Source: Epithemia pelagica (taxonomy: Eukaryota; Protista; Bacillariophyta). Taken from it: a DNA stretch of 64,000 bases. Positions 1 through 12,181 of the stretch are shown piece after piece. Numbering within the stretch: the stretch's first letter is position 1; each line of letters opens with the position of its first letter. The stretch is from assembly GCA_946965045.2 (NCBI GenBank), contig OX337234.1:2418001-2482000 (forward strand), read 5' to 3'. The position numbers and the translations under genes are program-made. Under the pieces are notes generated by a model. That model was not told the origin of the DNA, did no database searches, and worked only from the letters and a program-made list of their open reading frames with translations.

Positions 1-337
1 GTGGTGGTTGATTTTCGCGAAAGGGGCGTGTTGTGTGGAGTCGAATGCCGTTGCGCATGGATCTTTGGATGGACCGTCACTGGGGATCTACGGGCATCGG
101 CGGCCAGACGATTCAGAGCGCGCCAACCGTGCCTTTCCACTCTCCATCTGAAAGTAGAGAACGCGCTCGTGGCGTTGGCTTGCATTGTCGCCGAATTGGG
201 ATTGACATTCTCTCTTGCTCTTTTTTGTCATTCACTCATTTGCTCCCATCGTGTTATTGCTGCATCTCGCATCTCGTCTCATTGGTGTGTTTGGTTTGGT
301 CCGAAGAGGAGAAATTCCAAAATTCGAACGGGTCATC

Positions 338-1519
338 ATGTTTGGTGGTTTGGATATCAAAGGCGGTTCGGCGCCATCGCAACCCAAAGCCGAAGAATCC
401 ACGGCGGCGGTTTCCAACAACAACCACAATGACGCAACCACTACAACGAGTGCTGGCGGATCGTCCTTTGGATTCTTGTCGTCGTCCTCCTCCGCTGCGG
501 AACCTCCCTCGAAGGAAGCAGCATCACCTGCGACATCGGGATTTTCCTTCCTGTCGTCGTCATCCACCACAACAACCTCGACTGCGGCGGCTCCGGCGGC
601 CATGAGTGGCTTTAGTTTCTTGTCGTCATCGTCGTCGTCATCGACTCCCGCGGCAACCACCACCACGACGGAACCAACGACCGAAGCAACCTCTCTGGAA
701 GTGGATCCACCCGCAGCAGCTTCCTCCTCCTCGTCGTCCTTTGGATTTTTGAATCCAACATCGACCATGCAAGCGACTGCCAATGTCCCCGGAATTCCAT
801 CTCCCGTGGCCGCCGCCACACCCAACAACGCCACCCCCACGACAACCACAACGACGCCTGTCGTTTCGGAACCTGCCACGGCATCCACACCCGTACCAGC
901 AGCAGCAGCAGCATCGTCGGGATTTTCCTTTTTGACGACGACGACAAGCCCCGCTCCTGCGACGGAGGAGACGGCGGCGGCAGCACTGCCCATGACGGCA
1001 GCAGCGCCTGTGGAAGCGGCCGCTTCTTCTTCCTCCTCTTCCATGGTGTCACCACCAGTCGTTCCTCCGTCGACCGCCGCAGCCACTGTGACCACCTCTA
1101 CGACTCCTACTAGGACCAGTGCTAGTAATACAACAACTGATATTTTGGGCACCCTGCCAACGACGACCACCACACCAAATTCGGGCATGCCCGCCGGAAG
1201 TGGTCAAGTCTTTGCCAGTGCGGTCGCCGCACCGAGTACGGCACCCAAAAAACGACGCACTCGAACCTCGCGCATTGGGGCCGGGGCACAACCTGCGGCC
1301 AGCAGCAGTCTGCCTCCTCCGAGTAGTACTACTACCACCACAACCACAACAACGACAACGACGGCCGAATCCTCGTCCTCCTCCTCCACACGAGACGAAG
1401 CCACCAAGGCTTCGCAACGGGCCGAAGATTTCATGTCGCGCATGGAACAACAACAACAACAACAAGCTTTGAAACCACCCGTCTCCTCTTCTACCACCAA
1501 ACCGCCCAAACCACCTTCC

Positions 1520-1552
<33 letters not shown>

Positions 1553-4500
1553 CCATCGTCCGATACAGAAGATGAAGATGCCATTTTGGCCAAGGCCAAG
1601 GCGGCCGCACAAGCCGCTCAAAAACTAGAACAACAACAACACAAACCACGAACCTGGGTGGGAGGCTTGTTTCGTTCCAAGACAACACGCAAACCCTCGA
1701 TTGGGAGCAGCAGCAGTAACCACAACAACAACAACAATCACAGCAATCACAGTACGACCAGCAGTGGAAGCAACCCCCACCACAACAATTCATACAGTGT
1801 GTCTACCACCACGACTCCTGCTCCCAGTGTCCCTAGTTCCGTGTCCGCCAAACCATCACCCGTATCAGAACCAGAGCCATCTCGGACGACTTCCAAACAA
1901 GACGACGACCCGGACCACGATCACCACCCACCGGTTGATACTCCCGCCGCCGTGTCTCCACCACCACCATCCACCCAGCAAAAGGAGGAGGAAACAGAAA
2001 CGGCGGCGGAACGATTGCTTCGAGAACAACAACAAGTTCAACGAACCATGGCCAAACAACAAGAACAACGACGGTTGGAACAACAACAAAAGGAGCAACA
2101 ACAACAACCACATGAAACCATATCCAGTAGCAACCAGGTGGAATCGTCCTATCAACCCGTGACGCTCTCATCGTCCGTGCCTGCTCCAGCACCTGCTGCA
2201 GCTCCAGTGTCCTCGTCCTTCTCCTTCCTGTCATCGTCGTCATCCACCCCAACCACCACCACCACCACCACCACCACCACAAGTAGTACTCCTTGGGCAC
2301 CCAAGGAGCTTCCTGTTGCGGAGGCACCCAAGACCAGCACCAAAATCCATGACAATACGCCGCGTGGACAATTTGAAAAACTGATGGAAACCTTTCGTAT
2401 CAAGGTGGAGCAATCCATGGAACAAGTCCAACGATTGCGACAACACAAGACGGGTCTGTTGGAAGAACGGTTTCAAGCTGCCGCCAAGGAACGATTGGCC
2501 ATTTCCAAAAAGGAACAAGCCGAAGCGCAACAAATGGCCGCGGTCGAGGCCGAAGACTTTGATTTGGCCGATCGCATGAATACATTGTTGGACCAAGTCG
2601 AGGCGGAACGCTTGGAACAGGTTCGCATTTTGGAACATATTGGTCGAGCCTTGCAACAATTGCAAGAACAAAAACAATCCCTCGTGTCGGGTGTCACGGC
2701 CTGCTTTGTCGAAATTCAAGAATCGCTCGTCGTCTTTTTGAAACAACAACAAGAATCATCCAAGGACACGACCCATTCGGCGGCCGCCACTTCCCACGAG
2801 GATATTGCCAAAAAGTTTGAACAAATCTCCAAACAAATCGCTGCCGAAGAAGAACGACTCCAACAGGATTGGAAACATTTGGAGCGAGATACGGGATTGG
2901 TCAAGGCGGAACGTCAAGAATTGGAAGATGCCATTTCCGAACAGGCGGGAGAATTTGAACGACTTCGGGATGCAGCCCGCGACCGGGTCAAGGTGGTGGA
3001 ACAAGAAATGGAAGATTTGCGACAATTGCTGGCCGCCAAACAACGCGAGGTGGCCTCCTTACGAACCGAGGCGGCGGGTCATGACGAGGCGGTCCTCAAG
3101 GTACGGGTCAAGTTTAGTCGACAATTGGGACGTGTCCAACACAAGGAAATGACCTTGGAAGACAATCGGGAGGAATGGGAAACGGAACAAGCGGCCTTGA
3201 AACAACAAAAGGAAGCCCATGAGTTGCAAGTCACGCAGCACGAACAAGAATTGGTGGAACGAGAATCGCTCCTGGCCCTCTTGCACAAGGAAGTGGAAAT
3301 GGCCGAAACCTTTCAGGCCATTGTTGCCAAGGAAATTGGCTTTGATGTCTTGGGCGAAGACAAGTCCACCAATGGGGCAGAACCACAACCACAAGAAGAA
3401 GAAACGGATTCGTCAACGGACAATGGCAAGTTGGTGGATTGTGAGGCTGCGGTCATTGAAGCCAAGGAAGTCGTACAAGCAACCGAATCATCGCTGCAGG
3501 ACTTGGAACGAGAACAAGTCCAACTCCAAGACAAATTGCCGCAATTGGAAGAACTCAAAAAGGCTGCCGCGGCCAAGAGAGATTTCCGTTCGGCGGGAAA
3601 ATTCTCCAAGGAAATCAAGGAATCGCAAAGTCGCTTGCACGAGTTGCAAACCAACGAATTGGTCCATGCCCAGGAACGGTTGGAAGGAGCCCAAACAGAA
3701 TTGCAACAACGCGAAGCCGAATTGGCGCAAGAACAAGCCAAGGCGGCCGAACGAGAGCGACAAGTCGCCATGACCAATATGCAACGATTGGCGCAACACA
3801 TGGCCCGTCTTCATGCCACGCAAAGTACCGTCTGTGGCACGGACGACGACGACGACGAACCAAAGAACTCGATTCAATCGGTGGGAGCTCATGTGCTTTA
3901 TGCGCAAATGGAGGCCTTGAGATTGGAGGGTGAAACGTATGGGGAGAAATATGGAGGGTGGGACACCTTGTTGGAAGAAGCTGGTTTGACAACAAAGAAC
4001 AACAGTACAAACCACGAGACCCAGAATGACGGAGCCGCCGAGGCGTCGAAACAACAAGAAGAGTCATCACCCCAACCATCCAAACCGACGGACCCCCAAG
4101 TTCTGCAACGATTTCGCGAATTGACTGCCAAGGTGGAAGAAACCAATGCGGCAACCGAAGCGGCCGCTGCCGAAGAAGATTATGAAATGGCTGCCAAATT
4201 GGATGAAACCATGCAAGAATTGCTGCAAGAAATCCAGTCTCTTGGTTTGACGGACGATGAAATGGCAGTGGCGCTTGCGGAGGAGGCGGAGGAATCCAAA
4301 CTCATGGGCGACGACAAAGAGCCGGCAGAAGAACAAGAATCTTCCCCCACTGTGGAAACGGAACAAGCATGTACAAATGATGTTGACGAAAACGTACAGG
4401 TACCATCCGAGGAACCAGAGGGCGCAGTGGAAGGGGAGAACACGTCGTCTCCTGCTGACAATGACGCAACCCAAGAAGAAGACGACACAAAGAACAATAC

Positions 4501-4705
4501 TAGCTTGGAACAAGAAGACAATGATGCCATTCACACAAATGGCACTACTGTCGAGGATGGCGAGACTGAAAGAAACAAGGATGAAAAGAAAGAAGCAGGC
4601 CACGAAGATGATGTACCAGAGCCTGTAAAAGGCAGAGAACAACAAGTAGAAGAAGCACACAGTGTCACCACCACAAACAATGAGGAACCAGCCACCACTT
4701 CATAA
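338..4705 (+). CDS. Large coiled-coil protein with S/T/P/Q low-complexity N-terminus and UVR-like helical motifs
   Basis: ORF 215..4705; likely start is the ATG at 338 (MFGGLDIKGG). E/Q/K-rich coiled coil with three UVR-like motifs (AVEAEDFDLADRM, AAAKRDFRSAGKF, AAAEEDYEMAAKL); acidic tail. Confidence 0.75.
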
Positions 4706-4876
4706 GAGACTATTAATACAAATCATACAATCTTATTATACCTTGTTAACAACCTTTACTCTGTATGAATGCTTCTCTATAGCGCAGTATATGGCTCTTC
4801 AAAAGGTTGAAATGACCCAGTTTCGCGTGGCTGTCAAGCATGGTTGCTTGAGGAGAGATAAATCGACCCATCATTA

Positions 4877-6433
4877 CTAAGTGGCGTTGTTGGTGGGAGG
4901 GAGCAGAATCCAGTCATTGTTGGTGTCGGTCGAGTCTTTGGAAACGGCCCGAATATAGCATCTTGGAACATGTTCATAGGGTTCCAGGAGTGGTTCGTAC
5001 TGTCCTTGCGCCTTTTCTTGGACACACTTCCAAATAAAGGAAAACGTCTGGCGATTGGCCTCACAAAAGTCGTCTTCTTCACAGTCGGGAGAGGTACTCG
5101 TCATGGTCAAAAAATCCTCATCGGACAGAGACAACAAGTAGGGAATGGGCAAGGTGGTGGAGGACAGGACAAAGGGGGGAATGGTAAAGTGCGGGTCCTC
5201 GGGACTCCACACCGTCACGAGTCGTTTGCGGCTGCTTGTCGTGGTAGTGGTACTAGTCGTCGTTGGGGAATTGCCACTGCACCACATGCGAGCATGTCGA
5301 ATCAAGGGATCGGGTCCCATGACGGAGGCATGACACCATGCCAAAAAGACACGCCCCGTGGAGAGTTCACAGGCCAAACTCCGAGCCCAAGGCGCAAATG
5401 ACGACACGGTTCCAGTAGGGTTCCACAGAGACGGCCTGTCCTGCGGGGATGCATGTTTGAGGGTTTGGTTGTTGAGGGACGATACAATACAGGTTTTCAA
5501 GGTACAGTGCAAGACATGACGATACTCCCAGGCAAGGTTGGTCAATTGATACAAGAGCCAATTGGACAAGTCTTGTGATTGGCCATCTTGGTCGAGAAAG
5601 CCTCCCACCAGGTGGATATCGACCAGTACCTTGGGATTCGAGCTCTCCGTGACTGTTACGCTCGATTCTTGGTGGTTGTTGTTTTGGCAATAATGTTGAA
5701 AATGTCGATGAAACATTTCTCGGAGACACGCCTCGTAATCCAGACCGTCCACATGAGAGCAACTCACCAGTGGCTCCGTGTCGCCGGCCACTGGTTCCGT
5801 CTCGCCATCTTGTTGTTGTTGTTGTAGTGGTTGCTTGGGTGGTGTGGATCGTAGGATCAACACATGACAAGTCGTGGCACGATCGGATACCAGGACATCG
5901 GCTTGGGAGGGACACGCATGAGCCAATTCTCCTTGTCCAATGTACAAGATGCGAGGAGGTGGAACCCACTTGTGGTGGTGTGTTGTTCGTTCGTCGTTGG
6001 AGGATTGTGGGGAGGAGGAATACCGAACTACTTGTTGGTTGGCCTGGATAAAGGCACGTCGCGACCGTTCCAACGAGGGAACTGTGGCCAAGTACTCGTC
6101 CACAGGAATTCGATTCTGACAGTTGCAATCCAGTTGTTGTTGAGTAGGAAAGGACTTTGTTCGCTTGGACGATGCACCCTCACAATTGTTGGTGTTGTTG
6201 TGGGCGGATTGGAAGGATGTGGGCAATCGCAACACAGTGTTGGTCGGTGGGACAGCAGTATCGTCGGGCGAACTACTTGGAGGAGGAGGAAGATACAAGC
6301 ATGTTTCAAACAAGTCGTCTTCGTCGTCGCCGTCGTGATCGTCGACCTGTTGGGGATGGTGAGAGGAAAGACGTTCCATCATGTCTCTCATAGTCATCTC
6401 GGTATTGTGAAAAGGAACGTGTGGATTGCACAA
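4877..6433 (-). CDS. NTAN1: Protein N-terminal asparagine amidohydrolase (N-end rule pathway)
   Basis: Motifs ILYIGQGE, SDRATTCH (catalytic Cys region), SHVDG, HLVGGFLD and TSPDCE match NTAN1. True start may be a downstream Met near 6397. Confidence 0.85.
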   Translation of the reverse strand: MCNPHVPFHNTEMTMRDMMERLSSHHPQQVDDHDGDDEDDLFETCLYLPPPPSSSPDDTAVPPTNTVLRLPTSFQSAHNNTNNCEGASSKRTKSFPTQQQLDCNCQNRIPVDEYLATVPSLERSRRAFIQANQQVVRYSSSPQSSNDERTTHHHKWVPPPRILYIGQGELAHACPSQADVLVSDRATTCHVLILRSTPPKQPLQQQQQDGETEPVAGDTEPLVSCSHVDGLDYEACLREMFHRHFQHYCQNNNHQESSVTVTESSNPKVLVDIHLVGGFLDQDGQSQDLSNWLLYQLTNLAWEYRHVLHCTLKTCIVSSLNNQTLKHASPQDRPSLWNPTGTVSSFAPWARSLACELSTGRVFLAWCHASVMGPDPLIRHARMWCSGNSPTTTSTTTTTSSRKRLVTVWSPEDPHFTIPPFVLSSTTLPIPYLLSLSDEDFLTMTSTSPDCEEDDFCEANRQTFSFIWKCVQEKAQGQYEPLLEPYEHVPRCYIRAVSKDSTDTNNDWILLPPTNNAT

Positions 6434-6821
6434 AAGTGTCTATGATTGTGAAAACGTGATGGAAAAGGTCTGCAGAAAAACAAAAAGAGGATGATGCCGC
6501 GACAGAACCAAAGCCAACCACAATCGCATTGCGTCATGGCCGATGGCCGTCTGTGAGACGTGCGACAGGTATGCGACATGAATATGGACATGGATCGGAC
6601 GCGGACGCGTGTCGGTACTTGCGTACGCATGCGAACCGTGACTGGGAACCGAGTCCCGTGTCGACACTCGTTCGGAAGTAGGATCTTCAACCAAGAGAGA
6701 AATGCCGACCGACGACGTAGTCGAAGAAACCACTTGTCTCTTCGTGTGGGAAAGGGGACAACGACAACGATACACGACGACAAAACAACAAGTTCGAGAC
6801 TGGACTGAACATAATATTGTA

Positions 6822-8039
6822 ATGATGCAATCCTTGTTACAACTTCTCCTGATTACGAGTTGGACATGGCACCATGTTACCTGCTTGACCTCTGAAGGTC
6901 CTCAAAAGACCTCGTTGCCTGTGGTCCAGAATGGTGTTCCAGCGTCACCACTGCCCCAACACAAACACACGAGAACGAGTGACCACACACGAGGTAGTAC
7001 AGAGTCTTCACGACGAACCTTTTTGGACCGTACTTGTGCCGTCTTGTTCACGTCCAGTCTCGCTGTGACGCCAACATTTGGTTGGAGGAGGGAACCCGCC
7101 CATGCCGTTCGTGCCGTGGGCGGTGGAGAATTGGAATGTCGGGCCGCTGGCAATTGTCTGGAAAAGGGTGAATGGGATGGCGCGATTGGTTGGACGTGGG
7201 GAGGAAAAGATCGATGCGAGGCGACCGATCCCACCTGTGGAGCCAATGGGCAACAAGTGTTGGCAGTCGATGCCAATGGACAACTCGTGGGCAAGCCCGT
7301 GCCCTTTACCAATCCAGACAAGGTATCTCATGTCGTCGTACTGCGGATTGACATTGGACGCGACGAATCCAATGTCTTGAAGCTTGGATTGTACGGAAAC
7401 GACGACGAGTCGTCGGCCGAGTTGATTCAACAATTGATTGAGTTTGTGTCGTCCGACGGCTTGTCCACCCTGTCCGGTTCGTCCCTCGGCAATACGATTG
7501 GACAAACGACGGCACCAGTCTCCTTGAGTCGAGGCGGTGTCGCCACCTGGGTGACACCGGGTTCCAGTATTGAATTTGGTGTCCCCAGTCAATCCTTGGC
7601 CTATGCCAAGAGTCGAGGGAGTTCCAAAGTGTTGGATGCCTTTGTCCCACAACCACGACCCACGGCCCGGAACGGGTCGACGACGACGGGAACAGTGCCA
7701 CTTCATTCACTTCCCGGTTTGGTGTCGGTACCCAAAAAGGGATTGGGATATGGTGGTACCGGGTTTGAATCCGACGATGAATGTTACGAACGAACCTTGT
7801 TAATTACCAATGCCGCGGATCCGGCCTTGGATAAGACTCGACAAGTCATTGGACAAGTGTTGGATGCGTCATCCATGGCCTTTTTGCAACGACTCACCAA
7901 TATACCAACCAATCGGGGAATTCGGGGGGTCTTGCCCGGTCAAACGGACGGTCCACCCCTTCCCCGTGTGGCGGTGCGAGACGTGGCCGTGGCCACCGTG
8001 GTCAACAAACCCCCACCACCGGCTCCAGAGGACTCGTAG
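6822..8039 (+). CDS. Thylakoid-lumen cyclophilin-like (PPIase-fold) protein with tripartite targeting
   Basis: Start 6822 gives signal peptide MMQSLLQLLLITSWTWHHVTC, then twin-Arg SSRRTFL, a hydrophobic stretch and the AHA cleavage motif. Cyclophilin-like segments follow (LKLGLYG, GLVSVP, LLITNA, QVIGQVLD). Confidence 0.65.
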   Translation: MMQSLLQLLLITSWTWHHVTCLTSEGPQKTSLPVVQNGVPASPLPQHKHTRTSDHTRGSTESSRRTFLDRTCAVLFTSSLAVTPTFGWRREPAHAVRAVGGGELECRAAGNCLEKGEWDGAIGWTWGGKDRCEATDPTCGANGQQVLAVDANGQLVGKPVPFTNPDKVSHVVVLRIDIGRDESNVLKLGLYGNDDESSAELIQQLIEFVSSDGLSTLSGSSLGNTIGQTTAPVSLSRGGVATWVTPGSSIEFGVPSQSLAYAKSRGSSKVLDAFVPQPRPTARNGSTTTGTVPLHSLPGLVSVPKKGLGYGGTGFESDDECYERTLLITNAADPALDKTRQVIGQVLDASSMAFLQRLTNIPTNRGIRGVLPGQTDGPPLPRVAVRDVAVATVVNKPPPPAPEDS

Positions 8040-8384
8040 AGAGACGTATGGATTTTGGCGTCTAATCATGGCATGAAATGTGTATTCGCAGAGACATGTA
8101 CTAAAACATACATTTCACCTTACTTGTCTTTAACCGCTACCTAGTTCATTTGGTTCACTTGCGCTTCCCATTAGATCACTGTCCAGGGCTGGAGGTTTGA
8201 AAGAGACTTTAGATTCAAAAGAGCCTCAGAAGCAGACCTTTTCAGGTCAAAAGGTGAGAATTTCATGTCACGAAGAGACACACATTAGATGCCGGATGTC
8301 CTTTCGAGAAGTGTTGTACATTTCACGTCATGTTTGTGTTCTCGCCCAGTTCTTCGGTCATGTGTGTGTATTGTCGGATTCACT

Positions 8385-10019
8385 CTAGTGCTTCCATATC
8401 TTGATGGTTCGATCTTTGGAGCCCGTGGCGACACTGGACCCATTGGGACTCCAATCCAATGCATAGACCTCATCCTCATGTCCCGGCAAGGTTTCCTTGG
8501 CCTTTTTACCCGACGGAATTTCCCAGAGCTTGGCTGTCGAATCTTTGCTGGCCGTGACCAAATATCGCGAATCGCCACTCCACGCCACTTGGTAGACGGC
8601 CCCCACATGACCCGTCAGTGTGCACAAAAAATCTCCCGAGAAGCCGTTCCATACCTTGGTCTTTTTGTCAAAGGAGGCACTGGCAAAGTACCGACCATCC
8701 GGACTAAAGGCAATATGATTCACAGCCTGTTGATGACCCGTTAGTCGTTTCATGGGGTGTTTGGACTCGTTGGGATGCCATAAAAACATGGTAAAGTCAT
8801 CGGAACCAGACACTAACCGTTCGGGGCCCTGTTTCCGAAATTCCTCATACTTTTTCACGGCCGCCTTGTGCGCCTCCTCCCGAGACGCAAAGTCGAGACA
8901 CTTGTAGTCAAAGGGCCCTGTTCGTAGAACGTCGTCGCTACTGAGAGCTAAGGTGTTGATGCGATGACCATGTCCGACCAATGTCCGAACCAATATTCCT
9001 CGGTCGGCGTTCCATACCTTGATGGTTCGGTCTCGACTAGCAGTGTACAAGAGTTGTTCTCCACCCCATTTGACAGCTTCCACCGAGTCTGTGTGACCCG
9101 ACAAGGTGATTTGCAGCGATTGAGTCCGCACATTCCAAATCTTGGCTGTCCCATCTTTACTCGCAGTGGCGAGTCGCTCACAAGAGGAATTCAAATGCAT
9201 TGGTTCCCATGAAAGAGAGGTGATCCATTGTTTATGGGCCTTGATTGGTTTTCCAACTGAAACGCCCTTATTGGGATCCCAGACAATGAGTACTCCGTTC
9301 TTGTCGGCGGATACAAAACGCTCCGCGTCGGGTGACCAGGATGTGCAGAGAACGTGATTTTTATGACCTTTGCATGTGTGCTTGGGTGTGGATGTATAAA
9401 CATCCCAGAAGCGTACCGTTGTATCTCCTCCACCCGACGCCAGCCTTCGTCCATTGGGAGAGTATTGAACATGGAGCACTGCTTCCGTGTGTCCTGGCAG
9501 TGTGTCGGTACATCGCGATACCGGTCGCACGCGAAAGACGGCCAATGGCTGGTAGACCAAATTGAGGACCGTCTCTGTACTAATGGAAGAATCGTTTTTG
9601 AGCAAGTCGGCCAGAGATGAGACAATCTCTACATCGTCTTCCACGCCATTCTTTTGTACCTTGGCGTAAAATGAATATGGCACTTTTCCGGGTTCATCTT
9701 GTCGTTCCTCCAACAGTGAATGAACGAGAGCATTCAGATCGTCCAGAGACGAGTTGGTGGGCAGATCCAGTGTTTCGGCAAGGTCCTCTCCGTTACGATT
9801 TCGCAGCTGAATCTGGATATTGGTGGGAAGTTCTCTCCCTTCGGTGCCATTGCCATTGGATGGACCGTTGGATGTGCGATATCGTTTACTGGGCGTCGAG
9901 TAGCGGTAGCCAAGATTGTCAGGATTGCGTGACCCAACCAAACTCCCTGCCCATCCAATTCCTCCCGTCTTCTTGGTTTCATCGACGGCTACGGCGGGAA
10001 CCGATTCGGACATGGTCAA
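8385..10019 (-). CDS. NLE1: Notchless/Rsa4 WD40 ribosome assembly factor
   Basis: NLE ubiquitin-like domain (VPYSFY...ETVLNLVYQPLAVFRVRPVSRC) followed by about 8 WD40 repeats, including LVSGSDDFTMFLW. Confidence 0.95.
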   Translation of the reverse strand: MTMSESVPAVAVDETKKTGGIGWAGSLVGSRNPDNLGYRYSTPSKRYRTSNGPSNGNGTEGRELPTNIQIQLRNRNGEDLAETLDLPTNSSLDDLNALVHSLLEERQDEPGKVPYSFYAKVQKNGVEDDVEIVSSLADLLKNDSSISTETVLNLVYQPLAVFRVRPVSRCTDTLPGHTEAVLHVQYSPNGRRLASGGGDTTVRFWDVYTSTPKHTCKGHKNHVLCTSWSPDAERFVSADKNGVLIVWDPNKGVSVGKPIKAHKQWITSLSWEPMHLNSSCERLATASKDGTAKIWNVRTQSLQITLSGHTDSVEAVKWGGEQLLYTASRDRTIKVWNADRGILVRTLVGHGHRINTLALSSDDVLRTGPFDYKCLDFASREEAHKAAVKKYEEFRKQGPERLVSGSDDFTMFLWHPNESKHPMKRLTGHQQAVNHIAFSPDGRYFASASFDKKTKVWNGFSGDFLCTLTGHVGAVYQVAWSGDSRYLVTASKDSTAKLWEIPSGKKAKETLPGHEDEVYALDWSPNGSSVATGSKDRTIKIWKH

Positions 10020-10580
10020 CTGATGGTATTGGGCAACTTTTCGACAAATAAAATAATTGGTTGGCTCTCGGTTGTTGTGTACCGCTCAGACATTGTTCAG
10101 ACTTATTCATGTCTCATGTCATGTCATTTCTCCCCACCCCTGAATGAATAAAACACGACACAACAACATCTGAAGCCGACAACGGACAGACAAACCAGTA
10201 GGGCGGTGTACTATGGCAATTCGGAAAAACTATCTCCATCATTGTTTTGTTCATTGCTCCCTCTTTGGCAACACAATTACTCCTATTTTTTTGATGATTG
10301 TCACGACTTGAGCAGGTCTCGACCCAAAGTTCTTTCGTGACGAGACAGAATCCAGTGGGAGACGTCAGACACGCTGTGTATCCAAAAGTCGCGAGCGGAG
10401 ACACATAGAAGGATCACAGTCAAGGATACGGGTTGGAAGTTGGATCTGTTCTGGCGTGTGTCCCACTTGTTAGTTTCAATCCCTCTCATTTTTTTCTGGA
10501 GTTGATTGACTCTTTGAAAGTGTACCATCCATCCGGAGTGCACCTCCAGCATCCCTTCTCGGTGCTCTGAAGAACCAATC

Positions 10581-11861
10581 ATGCCTCATGGTGGCTCCAA
10601 TATGTTTCTCTGCGGCCGCAGTGTTGGAACATCGTTTGACTCCAAAACATGGCTGTCCTTGGATCCCTGTGGCTTGCTTGGTGTTGCATGCTCCTGGGGA
10701 GTCCACTTCTATGCCCTGATCGTTGTATCCACAAAGCTACTGTCCAATTCTCCCATGGCAATGTTAATTTTCTTTTTCCTTTACATACCTGCATCGTTGT
10801 TGGCCATGGCTTCGCTCTTCAAGGCATGGACAACGGATCCAGGTGCTGTTCCCTTGGGCGCCCGCCCTTTGACAGTGGTTCGTCATGCTGCAAGTAGTGA
10901 TTCGTTGGGTCGTTCCGGTCACTCCAATCCGGATCCACTGGCTGCCCCTCAGCAGCCACCTGCGAGGGCAGTCTCGCGTTGCCACAAATGCAACGACAAT
11001 TTCAAACCTCCTCGCGCTCACCATGACTCGGTCACTGGTCGTTGTATTGTCAAGTTTGATCACTTTTGCCCCTGGGTGGGAAATGCCGTTGGTGCATTGA
11101 ACCACAAATTCTTTTGCCTCTTCCTCCTCTATACAGGAATTACCTGTATACTTTCATTGCTCCTTCTTTTGCTTAGAACCATTCATTGTGGATACACCAT
11201 CACCGATCCAGAATCGTTCAATCGCCAACAGTACGGCAATGGGGGACAAAAAGAAGGAGGGAGATATCTTGCCTTTGAACGTCGCATGGAGGATGGCTCT
11301 TCGGTGTACAAGTATCCCGAATGCAACACTTTTTATTCCAGTCACTTTGTTCTGGGACTCCTGATATGTTCCTTGGTGTTTTTGGTGTTTACCTGCACCA
11401 TGGGGTGTGAACAATTTGAAGCCATTGAAACGGGCAAGGGCAAAATTGCTCGCATGAAAATGAGAGTGGGAAATTCCGGAACGGAATTTCAACGAGTGAC
11501 GGAGGAATTCAATGAAATGTTTGGAGGGGACTCCCCTCAGGTTTCGTTGCATTGGTTCTTGCCACAAGATGTGAAGTTTCCGCGTGGCATGAAAAAAGTT
11601 GTTCTGGGCTATGAATGGGACGAGTCCTTTGATCCAGAACCATACGAGCCTGCTACTCTCAATGTTGATGGTGGTAGTAGCTTGGGGGATCAAGAAATGT
11701 CAGAACTGGAGGGAGGAAACCGGTCAGGGGGAGTCATTGTTTCCACGCAAGATGTTTTACTGAAACAAGAGCCAGCCTCCATGTCCGATGTATCGAGCGT
11801 GGGCAGTGACTCGGGCATTAAGAATCGCAAGTCTCCTCCCAAACCACCAGAGATATCTTAA
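10581..11861 (+). CDS. DHHC-family protein S-palmitoyltransferase
   Basis: TTDPG, CHKC..FKPPRAHHDSVTGRCIVKFDHFCPWVGNAVG..NHKFF and four hydrophobic TM segments. Confidence 0.93.
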   Translation: MPHGGSNMFLCGRSVGTSFDSKTWLSLDPCGLLGVACSWGVHFYALIVVSTKLLSNSPMAMLIFFFLYIPASLLAMASLFKAWTTDPGAVPLGARPLTVVRHAASSDSLGRSGHSNPDPLAAPQQPPARAVSRCHKCNDNFKPPRAHHDSVTGRCIVKFDHFCPWVGNAVGALNHKFFCLFLLYTGITCILSLLLLLLRTIHCGYTITDPESFNRQQYGNGGQKEGGRYLAFERRMEDGSSVYKYPECNTFYSSHFVLGLLICSLVFLVFTCTMGCEQFEAIETGKGKIARMKMRVGNSGTEFQRVTEEFNEMFGGDSPQVSLHWFLPQDVKFPRGMKKVVLGYEWDESFDPEPYEPATLNVDGGSSLGDQEMSELEGGNRSGGVIVSTQDVLLKQEPASMSDVSSVGSDSGIKNRKSPPKPPEIS

Positions 11862-12181
11862 CGTTTACTTTATTTCGGTGTCCTTGCACGCTCTTCATGG
11901 TCCTAAGAGATGTGCGGTTGAGGGCGATATGCTTTAGCATGAGTATGCTACTATGTTTGTTATTAATGGAAATGATTTTTGCCGTCTTATCCCTTACGTC
12001 GTAGATGGTGACAAATGCGTTGCAGGCAGGCTTTCATGTCCAGGCCCTTCACATTCTATCGCAAAGAGCACCTATCAGGTTATTGTTTTACAACATGTGT
12101 CCAGTAACTGTGATGCGAAGTTAACCTAGCAACAGTTGTTAGGATCTCCTTTCGCTTTTATCGGAAACTCTGTCCTTTCTC

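Noticed and set aside
232-4660. Many long antisense or alternate-frame ORFs over the first gene (and similarly over the Copia ORF)
   Set aside because: These are shadows of low-complexity, codon-biased coding sequence (poly-V, poly-C, poly-W translations).
11055-11075. DHFC instead of DHHC in the palmitoyltransferase
   Set aside because: Variation at this position is known in the family (e.g. DHYC) and the catalytic Cys is retained.
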